The position numbers were made by a program, and so were the translations under genes. The notes beneath the pieces were generated by a model. The model saw only the letters and a list, made by a program, of their open reading frames with translations, searched no databases and was not told the origin of the DNA. From an uncultured Amaricoccus sp. (GTDB lineage: Bacteria > Pseudomonadota > Alphaproteobacteria > Rhodobacterales > Rhodobacteraceae), in the NCBI RefSeq assembly GCF_937891315.1, contig NZ_CALAGI010000156.1:5509-69508 (forward strand): DNA of 64,000 bases. The letters run 5' to 3'. Positions 39,813 through 48,617 of this stretch are shown here, piece by piece. Each line of letters begins with the position of its first letter. Position 1 is the stretch's first letter.

Positions 39813-40400
39813 ATGCGTGGCTTTCGACGTGGCTTTCGGGCGGGCTTCGTGTCCGCGTCCGTACGGGGCGCGGCCTTCGCGCTGGCGCTTTCGCTCCTCG
39901 CGGCGCCAGTCGGGATCACGGCGGGCATGGCGGCCGACGCACCGCCGCGGGTCGCCGCCGAGGCCGCGGGGTTCGGGCCGGTGACGCGCCTGCCGTTGCC
40001 GCGCTATGTCTCGATGCGGGCCGAAAGCGCCAATGCGCGGCGCGGGCCGAGTCTCGACCAGCGCGTCGACTGGGAATTCGTGCACCGCGGCCTGCCGCTG
40101 GAGATCACGGCGGAATATGGCAACTGGCGGCGGGTGCGCGACGCGGAGGGCATGGGCGGCTGGGTGCATCACACGCTGCTCTCCGGGGCACGGACCGCGC
40201 TGGTGCTCGGCCCCGAGCGCGCGACCCTGCTGGAAGAGCCGAGGGCGGAGGCGCGGGTGGTGGGGCTGTTCGAACCCGGGGTCGTCGCCCGGCTCGAAGC
40301 CTGCCAGGGCGACTGGTGCGAAATCGGGGCGGCGGGCGTCGAGGGCTGGCTGCCGCGCGCCACGATCTGGGGGGTCGGGCCGGACGAAACCCTTGAATGA
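39813..40400 (+). CDS. SH3-like domain protein (COG3807/DUF1058 type), secreted
   Basis: ATG at 39813 in the frame of ORF 39465..40400. Signal-like N-terminus, then LPRYVSMRAESANARRGPSLDQRVDWEF...GNWRRVRDAEGMGGWVHHTLLSG. Confidence 0.75.
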   Translation: MRGFRRGFRAGFVSASVRGAAFALALSLLAAPVGITAGMAADAPPRVAAEAAGFGPVTRLPLPRYVSMRAESANARRGPSLDQRVDWEFVHRGLPLEITAEYGNWRRVRDAEGMGGWVHHTLLSGARTALVLGPERATLLEEPRAEARVVGLFEPGVVARLEACQGDWCEIGAAGVEGWLPRATIWGVGPDETLE

Positions 40401-40495
40401 CGGCGAGGCGGCGCACCGATCCCTGGCGCTCCGCGCGGAGGCTCCCGCGGGGCGTAGCCCTTGGGCCCGGCGGCCGCGGCGCGGCCGCCAAAGGA

Positions 40496-40525
40496 GCGGC
40501 CTGTTGGCCGCGAGTCTTTTTTCTC
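40496..40525 (+). terminator. Rho-independent terminator after the SH3-like gene
   Basis: GCGGCC-TGTT-GGCCGC followed by GAGTCTTTTTTCT. Confidence 0.55.
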
Positions 40526-40719
40526 CCCGCCTGTTGGCGGGGCCCCTCGTCCTGCCCGATAGGAATTCTGCCAATATGAAACTGGAAGAAGCCTAGGGGC
40601 GGCATGGTCCCGTAGGGCTCCTGGCGCACTGGAGGGCTGAGCCCCGGGTCAGCGAGGGCGCGCGGGAGGTTCCGGTTGCGCGGCGTCGTCGCTGCGGCTA
40701 GGCAGGGCGCGGATTTCAG

Positions 40720-41598
40720 GTGGACCGCCGAATGCTCTATGAGACGTCCCACGACTGGAACCGCGCGCCGAGCAAGCGGGCGACGCTGTTCGGCATGTCC
40801 GGGCTGGGCAAGACCCGGATCTCGAGCATGCTGCGCGACGATGGCGGCTGGTTCCACTATTCCGTCGATTTCCGCATCGGCACCCGCTACATGGGCGAGC
40901 ATATCGTCGATAATTTCAAGCGCGAGGCGATGCGCAATCCGTTCCTGCGCGAGTTGCTGCGCTCGGATTCGATCTTCATCGCCTCGAACATCACCTTCCA
41001 GAACCTCGCCCCGCTCTCGACCTATCTCGGCAAGCCGGGCGATCCGGCGAAGGGCGGCATTCCGTTCGACGAATATCTGAGGCGCCAGCGCCAGCACCGC
41101 GCCGCCGAGATCGCCGCGACCCGCGACACGCTGCTCTTCATCGAGAAGGCGCGCGAGATCTACGACTACCGGCATTTCGTCTGCGACACCTCCGGCTCGC
41201 TCTGCGAGGTCGTCGATCCCGACGACGCGGACGATCCGGTGTTGCGCGATCTCGCGGCGGCGACACTGCCGGTCTGGATCCGCGGCACCGAGGAGCATGT
41301 CGAGGAACTCGCCGCCCGCTTCGACCGCGCGCCGAAGCCGATGTATTATCCCGAGCCTTTCCTGGTGGCACTCTGGGACGAATTCTGTGCGACACGGCGG
41401 ATCGCACCGGAGGCGGTCGATCCCGACGCCTTCATCCGCCACGGCTTTCGCGCGCTGATCGCGCACCGCCTGCCGCGCTATCGGGCGATCGCCGAGAAAT
41501 GGGGCGTCACCATCGAGGCGGCGGAGGCGGCGGCCGTGCGTTCGCCCGCCGATTTCGAGGCGCTGATCGCGCGTGCCATCGACCGGAGCCGGGCATGA
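40720..41598 (+). CDS. Uncharacterised P-loop NTPase
   Basis: ORF 40720..41598 (alternative ATG at 40732). Walker A LFGMSGLGKTRIS, Walker B-like HFVCDTSGS. The stop overlaps the start of the CDF gene (ATGA). Confidence 0.7.
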   Translation: MDRRMLYETSHDWNRAPSKRATLFGMSGLGKTRISSMLRDDGGWFHYSVDFRIGTRYMGEHIVDNFKREAMRNPFLRELLRSDSIFIASNITFQNLAPLSTYLGKPGDPAKGGIPFDEYLRRQRQHRAAEIAATRDTLLFIEKAREIYDYRHFVCDTSGSLCEVVDPDDADDPVLRDLAAATLPVWIRGTEEHVEELAARFDRAPKPMYYPEPFLVALWDEFCATRRIAPEAVDPDAFIRHGFRALIAHRLPRYRAIAEKWGVTIEAAEAAAVRSPADFEALIARAIDRSRA

Positions 41599-42560
41599 CC
41601 CCGGACGGGGATCAGCTGCGCGACGGGCATGATCATGGCGGGCAGGGCCATTCCCATTCCCATGGCCATCATGCGAACACGCGGGCGGTCGGGTTCGCCG
41701 CGCTGCTGACCGGCGGCTTCATGATCGTCGAACTGCTGGGCGGGATCGCCGCCGGCTCGCTGGCGCTGATCGCCGACGCCGGACACATGCTGACCGATTT
41801 CGCGGCGCTCGCCTTCGCCTGGTTCGCCTTCCGCGTGGCCCGCCGCCCGGCCGACGCGCGGCGGACCTATGGCTTCGACCGGCTGTCGGTGATGGCCGCC
41901 TTCGTCAACGGGCTCGCGCTCTTCGCCGTCACCGCCTGGATCATGATCGAGGCGGTGGAGCGGCTGACCGACCCGCGGCCGGTGACCGGCGGGCTGATGC
42001 TGGCCGTCGCGGTGGCGGGGCTCGTCGTCAACATCCTCTCATTCTGGGTCCTGTCGCGCGGCGATCGGGAGAATCTCAATCTCCGCGCGGCGATCCTGCA
42101 TGTGATCGGCGATCTGCTCGGCTCGGTCGGGGCGATTTTCGCGGCGCTCGTCATCCTCGGCACCGGCTGGTATCCGATCGACCCGATCCTCTCGGTGCTG
42201 GTGGCGCTGCTCATCCTGCGCTCGGCCTGGCGGGTGGTTCGCGAGAGCGGGCATATCCTGCTGGAGGGCTCGCCCGCCGGTTTCGATGCGGCCGCCATCG
42301 CGGCCGACATCGCCGGCGCGGTGCCGGGCGTGGCCGAGATCTGCCATCTGCATGCCTGGTCGATCAGCGAGGAGCGGCCGATGGTGACACTGGAGGCGAT
42401 CCTCGCACCCGCCACCGACCCGGAAACGGCGCGGGCCGCGATCAAGGCGCGCCTCGCCGAGCGCTTCGGCTTCGACCATGCCACGGTCGAGATCAAGGCC
42501 GCCGCGAAACCCTCGTCCGGGGCGTCCGGATTGCCACCGGGCCGCGCCCGTCCTATCTAG
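41595..42560 (+). CDS. Cation diffusion facilitator (CzcD/ZitB-type) divalent metal efflux transporter
   Basis: ATG at 41595 in the frame of ORF 41499..42560. His-rich N-terminus DGHDHGGQGHSHSHGHH, SLALIADAGHMLTD, ILHVIGDLLGS. Confidence 0.88.
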   Translation: MTPDGDQLRDGHDHGGQGHSHSHGHHANTRAVGFAALLTGGFMIVELLGGIAAGSLALIADAGHMLTDFAALAFAWFAFRVARRPADARRTYGFDRLSVMAAFVNGLALFAVTAWIMIEAVERLTDPRPVTGGLMLAVAVAGLVVNILSFWVLSRGDRENLNLRAAILHVIGDLLGSVGAIFAALVILGTGWYPIDPILSVLVALLILRSAWRVVRESGHILLEGSPAGFDAAAIAADIAGAVPGVAEICHLHAWSISEERPMVTLEAILAPATDPETARAAIKARLAERFGFDHATVEIKAAAKPSSGASGLPPGRARPI

Positions 42561-42587
42561 CCGGTCTTCGCCACGAAAGCCTCGCCT

Positions 42588-43508
42588 ATGCCGATCAAGA
42601 TCCCCGCGAGCCTGCCCGCCTACGATGTCCTGCGCCGCGAGGGCGTCATGGTCATGTCCGAGGAACTGGCGGCGCGGCAGGACATCCGCCCGCTGCGCAT
42701 CGGCCTCGTCAATCTCATGCCGAAGAAGGTGCAGACCGAAACCCAGTTCGCCCGGCTGATCGGCGCCACGCCGCTGCAGATCGATCTCACGCTGATCCGC
42801 ATGTCCGAACACCAGTCGAAGAACACCTCGCCCGCCCATCTCGAGGCCTTCTACCAGCCGTTCCGGGAAGCGCGGGCCTCGAAGTTCGACGGGCTGCTCA
42901 TCACCGGCGCGCCGATCGAGCATCTCGATTTCGAGGCGGTGTCCTATTGGGACGAACTGCGCGAGCTTTTCGACTGGACCCAGACCAACGTCCATCACAC
43001 GATCGGCGTCTGTTGGGGCGGCATGGCCATGCTGCACCATTTCCATGGCGTGCCAAAGCACATGCTGCCCGCCAAGGCCTTCGGCTGCTACCGCCACGCG
43101 CGGACCCCCGGCACCGCCTCGCGCTTCGTCCAGGGCTTTTCCGACCGCTTCCTCGTGCCGGTCAGCCGCTGGACCGAGGTGCGGTCCGAGGATGTCGACC
43201 TGCATCCCGATCTCGAGATCCTGATCTCGTCCGACGAGGTCGGCCCCTGCCTGATCGAGGACGCCGGCCACCGCGCGCTCTACATGTTCAACCATCTCGA
43301 ATACGACTCCGTCACGCTGAAGGAGGAGTACGACCGCGACATTCTCGCCGGGGGCGCGATCGTGCCCCCGGTGGATTATTTTCCCGAGGGCGATCCGAAC
43401 CTGCCGCCGGAGAATCTGTGGCGCAGCCACGGCCAGCTGCTCTACGGCAACTGGATCAACCAGATCTACCAGACCGCGCCGTTCGAGATCGAGGCGATCG
43501 GCACCTGA
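42588..43508 (+). CDS. metA: Homoserine O-acyltransferase (MetA family)
   Basis: ORF 42588..43508. Collinear with E. coli MetA ([48 protein letters not shown]). Confidence 0.93.
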   Translation: MPIKIPASLPAYDVLRREGVMVMSEELAARQDIRPLRIGLVNLMPKKVQTETQFARLIGATPLQIDLTLIRMSEHQSKNTSPAHLEAFYQPFREARASKFDGLLITGAPIEHLDFEAVSYWDELRELFDWTQTNVHHTIGVCWGGMAMLHHFHGVPKHMLPAKAFGCYRHARTPGTASRFVQGFSDRFLVPVSRWTEVRSEDVDLHPDLEILISSDEVGPCLIEDAGHRALYMFNHLEYDSVTLKEEYDRDILAGGAIVPPVDYFPEGDPNLPPENLWRSHGQLLYGNWINQIYQTAPFEIEAIGT

Positions 43509-43590
43509 CGCCGCCCGAAGGCCGTCCAGCCTGCGCCGGCGTTGTCCTGCCCACCCGCGCCCGGCATAGTGCGGGAAACGGGAGGATGGC

Positions 43591-44469
43591 ATGGCCAAAT
43601 CGGAGTTCAAGAAGCCCTTCGACGGAGCGATCAGCCGCTTCGCCGAGAAGGACGCGCCGAAGGCGGTGCGCGAGGCGCTGAAGGGCGCGAACAAGGGCGC
43701 GATCCTCGATCCGCGCTATCCCTATGCCACCCGGCTCGACGAAGACGACTACGAGAAGGAGGCCGAGGCCTGCCAGCTCGAGCTGGTCAAGGCGCAGCGC
43801 TGGATGCGGGCCGAGGGCAAGCGGATCGTCGCCGTCTTCGAGGGCCGCGACGCCGCCGGCAAGGGCGGCATGATCAAGGCGATCACCGAGAATCTCAATC
43901 CCCGCAACGCCCGCGTCGTCGCCCTGCCGGCGCCGTCCGACACCGAACGCGGTCAGTGGTATTTCCAGCGCTACGTCACGCATCTGCCGACCAGCGGAGA
44001 AATGGTGCTGTTCGACCGGTCCTGGTACAACCGCGCCGTGGTCGAGAAGGTGTTCGGCTGGTGTACCAAGGCCGAGCGCGAGCGCTTCTTCCTCCAGTTG
44101 CCGGAGTTCGAGGACATGCTGGTCCGCGACGGCGTCATCCTCGTGAAGATCTGGATCGCGATCGGCCGCGCCGAGCAGTTGCGCCAGTTCCTGCAGCGCG
44201 AATCCGATCCGCTGAAGCAATGGAAGCTGAGCCAGACCGACGTCGATGGCCTGACCCGCTGGGACGACTATACCGCCGCGATCGAGGAAACCATGCAGCG
44301 CGCCCATGCGACGCTGACGCCCTGGACCGTGGTCTGGGGCGAGGACAAGCGCCGGGCGCGGATCGCGGGCATGCGCGCCCTGCTCGGACGGCTCGACTAT
44401 CCGGACAGGAAGGTGCCGGCGCCCGATCCCCGGATCTGCGGCGGCCCGGAAATCCTCCGTCGAGACTGA
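43591..44469 (+). CDS. ppk2: Polyphosphate kinase 2
   Basis: ORF 43591..44469. FEGRDAAGKGGMIK (Walker A), YFQRYVTHLPTSGEMVLFDRSWYNRA. Confidence 0.92.
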   Translation: MAKSEFKKPFDGAISRFAEKDAPKAVREALKGANKGAILDPRYPYATRLDEDDYEKEAEACQLELVKAQRWMRAEGKRIVAVFEGRDAAGKGGMIKAITENLNPRNARVVALPAPSDTERGQWYFQRYVTHLPTSGEMVLFDRSWYNRAVVEKVFGWCTKAERERFFLQLPEFEDMLVRDGVILVKIWIAIGRAEQLRQFLQRESDPLKQWKLSQTDVDGLTRWDDYTAAIEETMQRAHATLTPWTVVWGEDKRRARIAGMRALLGRLDYPDRKVPAPDPRICGGPEILRRD

Positions 44470-44537
44470 CTCCGCGATCTTGCACGGGGCGGCGAACCTT
44501 CCCATCTGTCGGGCTGGAACCGAAACGAGGACCGCCG

Positions 44538-45011
44538 ATGCAGGCCTATGGATACGCAGGATCCCTTGCCGGATTGCCCGATCCCGAGATGGATCGCCAG
44601 TTCTACGAGGGCGTGCCGGCGCGGAGGCTCGCCGCCTGGATGATCGACCTGCTCATCACCCTGCTGGTCGGCGTTCCAGCCGCGGTGATGTTCGGGCTGA
44701 TGACGCTCGGCTTCGGCTTCGCGCTCTTTCCGTTCCTGGTCGCGACCGTCGGCTTCGTCTACCGCGTCGCGACCATCGCCGGCGGCTCGGCGACCTGGGG
44801 CATGCGCGCCATGGGGATCGAGCTGCGCCGCGCCGATGGGTCGCGCTTCGATTTCGCGACCGCGATCATGCATACCGCGCTCTATACCATCTCTTTCGGG
44901 GTGGTGGTGCTGCAGATCGTCAGCTGCGTCTCGATGGTGGCGAGCCGCTATGGTCAGGGCCTGCCCGACGTGATCCTTCGCACCACCGCGATCAATCGCC
45001 CCGCCGATTGA
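44538..45011 (+). CDS. RDD family membrane protein
   Basis: ATG at 44538 in the frame of ORF 43542..45011. ARRLAAWMIDLLITLLVG...GMRAMGIELRRADGS. Confidence 0.7.
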   Translation: MQAYGYAGSLAGLPDPEMDRQFYEGVPARRLAAWMIDLLITLLVGVPAAVMFGLMTLGFGFALFPFLVATVGFVYRVATIAGGSATWGMRAMGIELRRADGSRFDFATAIMHTALYTISFGVVVLQIVSCVSMVASRYGQGLPDVILRTTAINRPAD

Positions 45012-45200
45012 GCGCCGCCGCGCGCGGTCGGGTCCGGGGCTTGATCGCCCTGCCTCGGCCGCTCGCGCGCCTTCGGGGCGGCCGCCGGGGGAGGGGGAGG
45101 TATCGTTCGCCGGCGCATTCACCGCGTGGCGAGAATCCTGTTGCCCGGTGGCGACACCTGTTGTTAGCTTTCCTCTCGGAGGAAGCCATCGGGGCCGGGA

Positions 45201-46022
45201 ATGCGCCACAGTCTGCCGCAGTCGCACCAGTTCTATGTCACGGCGCCGCAGCCCTGTCCGTACCTTGCCGGACGTGTTGAACGCAAGCTGTTCACCGCGC
45301 TGCAGGGGGAAGGCGCCTCGCATCTGAACGACGTGCTGTCGCATCAGGGCTTCCGCCGTTCGCAGAACGTGCTCTACCGGCCGTCCTGCGCCGGCTGCTC
45401 GGCCTGCCTCTCGGCGCGGATCGTGGTCGCGGGGTTCGAGGCGGCACGCGGCCAGCGCCGGATCCTGCGCCGGAACGAGGGGCTGGAGCGGGTGGTGACG
45501 AGCCCCTGGGCGACCGAGCCGCAATATTCCCTCTTCCGCCGCTATCTCGACGCGCGCCACGCCACCGGCGGCATGGCCGACATGGACATGCACGAATTCT
45601 CGGCGATGATCGAGGAAACGCCGGTGCGCAGCCGGGTCATCGAATATTACAGGCCGCGCGCCGGGGGGCGGGGGCGCGATCTGGTCGCGGTCTGCCTGAC
45701 CGACCTGCTGACCGACGGCGTCTCGATGGTCTATTCCTTCTTCGATCCGGAACTAGCGCGCGACAGCCTCGGCAGCTTCATCATCCTCGACCACATCGCG
45801 CTCGCCCGCGAATCCGGCCTGCCTTTCGTCTATCTCGGCTATTGGGTGCCGGGCAGCGGCAAGATGGACTACAAGTCGCGGTTCAAGCCGCTGGAGGTTT
45901 TCTCCGAGGGCCGCTGGAGCCTGCTGACCGAAACCGACCTGTCGCAGATTTCGCGCCGTCACGGGGATCGCGCGGCGATCGTCGATCAGGTCGCCGCGAT
46001 CGAGCTGCCCGCGACGAAATAG
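45201..46022 (+). CDS. bpt: Arginyl/leucyl-tRNA-protein transferase (bacterial Bpt, N-end rule)
   Basis: ORF 45201..46022. [19 protein letters not shown]...[20 protein letters not shown]...YLGYWV. Confidence 0.88.
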   Translation: MRHSLPQSHQFYVTAPQPCPYLAGRVERKLFTALQGEGASHLNDVLSHQGFRRSQNVLYRPSCAGCSACLSARIVVAGFEAARGQRRILRRNEGLERVVTSPWATEPQYSLFRRYLDARHATGGMADMDMHEFSAMIEETPVRSRVIEYYRPRAGGRGRDLVAVCLTDLLTDGVSMVYSFFDPELARDSLGSFIILDHIALARESGLPFVYLGYWVPGSGKMDYKSRFKPLEVFSEGRWSLLTETDLSQISRRHGDRAAIVDQVAAIELPATK

Positions 46023-46314
46023 CTCCGGCGCGTCCCGGACGCTCGAACCGGCCCTTGCCAAATCCTGGATCGGCCCCGGCGGAAGATACCGCTTTGCCTC
46101 CCGCGCGTCGGACAGCGGTCGCGCGGGGCGGGAATTCGTCCATCCCAGCACTCCGCCACGCGCGGCCCGTGCCAGACTTAACCAATCCTGAACGGCTTCG
46201 TCGCAACTGTCGTTTCGAGGATGCAGGACGATTCCATTGGTTGCCTCGGCGCGCCGGGGGCGGGTCGATCCGCTGAGCTTGGGTGAGCCGGGAACGAAGG
46301 CGGATGTGGGACGG

Positions 46315-47421
46315 ATGATCGCGCGCGGCTCCGCCGAATCCCAGACCATCGGCATCTGCCGCGTGTTGTGCATCTTCTTCATGATGAACGTGCATATCGA
46401 CCCCGGCCCGGTCGAGAGTTCGATCGTGCATGGCGGCGCCTTCTCCTGGGTCGGCGCGGTCTGGATCGATTTCCTCGGCCGGACCAGCGTCGCGGCGCTC
46501 AGCCTGATCAGCGGCTATCTCCTCGTGCGCAACGGCGCGGCGCATGGGTTCCCGGATTTCGCGCGGCGGCGGTTCGTGGCGCTGATCCTGCCGATGCTGA
46601 CCTGGAACCTGCTCTATTGCTTCGCGGTGGTTCTGGTCGCGGCGATCGAGGGCAAGCCGGTGCCGCGGGAATTCACCTCGACACTGTCCGCCGTCTCGTC
46701 GCTGACCGGGCTGGCCGGGCCGACGGAAAACCTTTCCCTCTTTTTCCTGCGCGACATCTTCGTTGCCAGCCTCGTCGCATACGGGATCCAGCCGCTGCTG
46801 CGCCGGTTTCCGCTGCCGGTGCTCGGGCTCGTCGCCCTGCTCGCGGTGTTCGAGCTGACGGAGCCGGTCATCTTCCGGCCCTCGATCCTGCTCTTTGTCT
46901 GTCTCGGCGTCGTGGCGGCGCAACGGGTGGATAGTCTTTCAGAACTCGTCCTGCCGCGGCGCCTCGTTCCCTGCCTTCTCGCCGTTGGCGTCGCGCTGTT
47001 CCTCTGCCACGTGACGGGACTCGGCGCGCGCGGCTGCGGCGTCGCGATCGAGGATATCCTGCGCCGCCTGCTGCTGTCGGCGGGGGTGATCACGCTCGCA
47101 ACGCAACTCGCCGGAACCTGGGCGGGCGCGCGGATCGTGCCATTCGAGGAGCGGATCTTCGAAACCTATCTGATGCACGCGGCCCTGTTTCACGCCGTCT
47201 GGGCGATCTGGCGCCGGACCATCGGCGGCGCGGCGGGTCCGAGCTACCTCGTCTTCTTCCTGTTCGCGCCGGTGGTGGCCGTCGTGGCGGGCCAGGCCGT
47301 CGGCGCGGTGACCGATCATCTCGCGCCGCCGCTGCGCATCGCTCTGCGCGGCCACGCCCGCCTTGCCACGCCGCCGCGAGCCGCGACGCGCGCGTCCGCC
47401 CCGGGAGTCCGGCGGCCCTGA
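46315..47421 (+). CDS. Acyltransferase-3 family membrane protein
   Basis: ORF 46237..47421, probable ATG at 46315. IGICRVLCIFFMMNVHI... About 10 TM, typical of O-acyltransferases. Confidence 0.7.
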   Translation: MIARGSAESQTIGICRVLCIFFMMNVHIDPGPVESSIVHGGAFSWVGAVWIDFLGRTSVAALSLISGYLLVRNGAAHGFPDFARRRFVALILPMLTWNLLYCFAVVLVAAIEGKPVPREFTSTLSAVSSLTGLAGPTENLSLFFLRDIFVASLVAYGIQPLLRRFPLPVLGLVALLAVFELTEPVIFRPSILLFVCLGVVAAQRVDSLSELVLPRRLVPCLLAVGVALFLCHVTGLGARGCGVAIEDILRRLLLSAGVITLATQLAGTWAGARIVPFEERIFETYLMHAALFHAVWAIWRRTIGGAAGPSYLVFFLFAPVVAVVAGQAVGAVTDHLAPPLRIALRGHARLATPPRAATRASAPGVRRP

Positions 47422-47542
47422 CTCCGACGCCCTGACCAAGGTCTGGGTTCGCCGGCCTCGGAGACCAAGGCACTTTCCTGCATTCAGGGGCCGGTGGTCC
47501 ACCTCGGCTCCCGATGCCCTCGCGGGAGATTCCGCGCGCCGG

Positions 47543-47806
47543 ATGACCGCCGGAGAACCCAAGGTGATCTTCGCCCCATCCCTCGGGACGGTGTTCGAAT
47601 GGGTCGACATCCATGTTCGCGGCTGGCTCGGCGCCGTCATCGCGGCGCGGGTCTTCTCCGGCTTCGATCCAACGACCATCGTGGTGGCGACGAACAGCAT
47701 CCATTCGGGCCTCCGCTATCCCGTCGTGGTCGCCGCCGACATATTCGTGATCGGCATGCGCTTTGTCCGCGAGACCAGGGGCATCAGTATCCACGCCGAC
47801 GACTGA
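47543..47806 (+). pseudogene. Collapsed MFS (MHS/ProP-like) transporter, 87 codons left
   Basis: Inside ORF 47363..47806. APSLGTVFEWVDIHVRGWLGAVIAARVFSGFDP resembles the ProP-type N-terminus (ASLGNAMEWFDFGVYGF..FFPGADP, recalled from memory). It is fused to a C-terminal-type tail, YPVVVAADIFVIGMRFVRETRGISIHADD. The ~12 TM core is absent. Confidence 0.5.
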
Positions 47807-47960
47807 TCCCTGATCCCGGCGCGGGCCTGTTCGCCCGCGCCCCAACCCGGACCGCCATGCGCCAGACGACCTTTCGCGAAACCGCCCTGTCCGCGACGCC
47901 CTTGCCATGATCCGCCAAGGCTTCGATACTGCCGGCGCCAGGAAATTGTTCGGGTTCGAC

Positions 47961-48605
47961 ATGCCGCAGCGGATCGTGATCGCCGACGACCATCCGCTGA
48001 TGCGCTTGGCCCTGCGTCAGGCCGTGGTCCAGGCCTTCGCTGGCGTCGAGGTTCGCGAGGCCGCCCGGTTCGAGCAGTTGCGCGTCGTGCTCGACGAGGG
48101 TTGGTCCCCCGACGTGGTGCTGCTCGACCTGCATATGCCCGGAATGTCGGGCTTCATCGGTCTGATGATGCTGCGCTCGGAACATTCGGCGGTGCCGGTG
48201 ATCGTCGTCTCCGCCGCCGAGGACGCGGCCACCATCCAGCGCTCCATCGACTACGGCGCCTCCGGCTTCGTGCCGAAATCGGCGCCGGTCGGACAGGTGG
48301 CCGAGGCGATCCGCGCGGTTCTGGACGGCGGCGTCTGGCTCCCGGAGACCACCGCCGCCGAGGACGACGCCGCCGCCGCGATGGCCGCCCGGGCGGTGAA
48401 CCTGACGCCGCAGCAACTGCGCGTGTTGCTCGGCATGGCCGAGGGCAAGCTCAACAAGCAGATCGCCTACGAGATGTCGATCGCCGAGCAGACGGTCAAG
48501 GATCATGTGACGGTGATCCTGCGCAAGCTCGGCGCCTCCAACCGTACCCAGGCGATCCTTGTGGCGAGCCAGCTCGCCCTGAAGCCGCCGCCAGCGCCGA
48601 TCTGA
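47961..48605 (+). CDS. NarL/FixJ-family response regulator (REC + LuxR HTH)
   Basis: ORF 47907..48605, likely ATG at 47961 (MPQRIVIADDHPLMR). Phospho-acceptor context VVLLDLHMPGMSG. HTH LTPQQLRVLLGMAEGKLNKQIAYEMSIAEQTVKDH. Confidence 0.88.
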   Translation: MPQRIVIADDHPLMRLALRQAVVQAFAGVEVREAARFEQLRVVLDEGWSPDVVLLDLHMPGMSGFIGLMMLRSEHSAVPVIVVSAAEDAATIQRSIDYGASGFVPKSAPVGQVAEAIRAVLDGGVWLPETTAAEDDAAAAMAARAVNLTPQQLRVLLGMAEGKLNKQIAYEMSIAEQTVKDHVTVILRKLGASNRTQAILVASQLALKPPPAPI

Positions 48606-48617
48606 AGCGACGCGCGC

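Noticed and set aside
38682-40574. N-terminal ~630 codons of the 973-aa ORF 37653..40574.
   Set aside because: Low-complexity Arg/Pro-rich sequence that overlaps the well-supported 2-hydroxyacid dehydrogenase (same strand, other frame) and the SH3-like gene (opposite strand). Only the C-terminal 342 codons (CAP-RTX) look genuine.
42561-42587. SAM-II (metA) riboswitch upstream of metA, as in some alphaproteobacteria.
   Set aside because: Only 27 nt separate the CDF stop from the metA start, too short for the ~50-nt pseudoknot. The preceding sequence lies within the CDF reading frame, and I see no clear SAM-II consensus.
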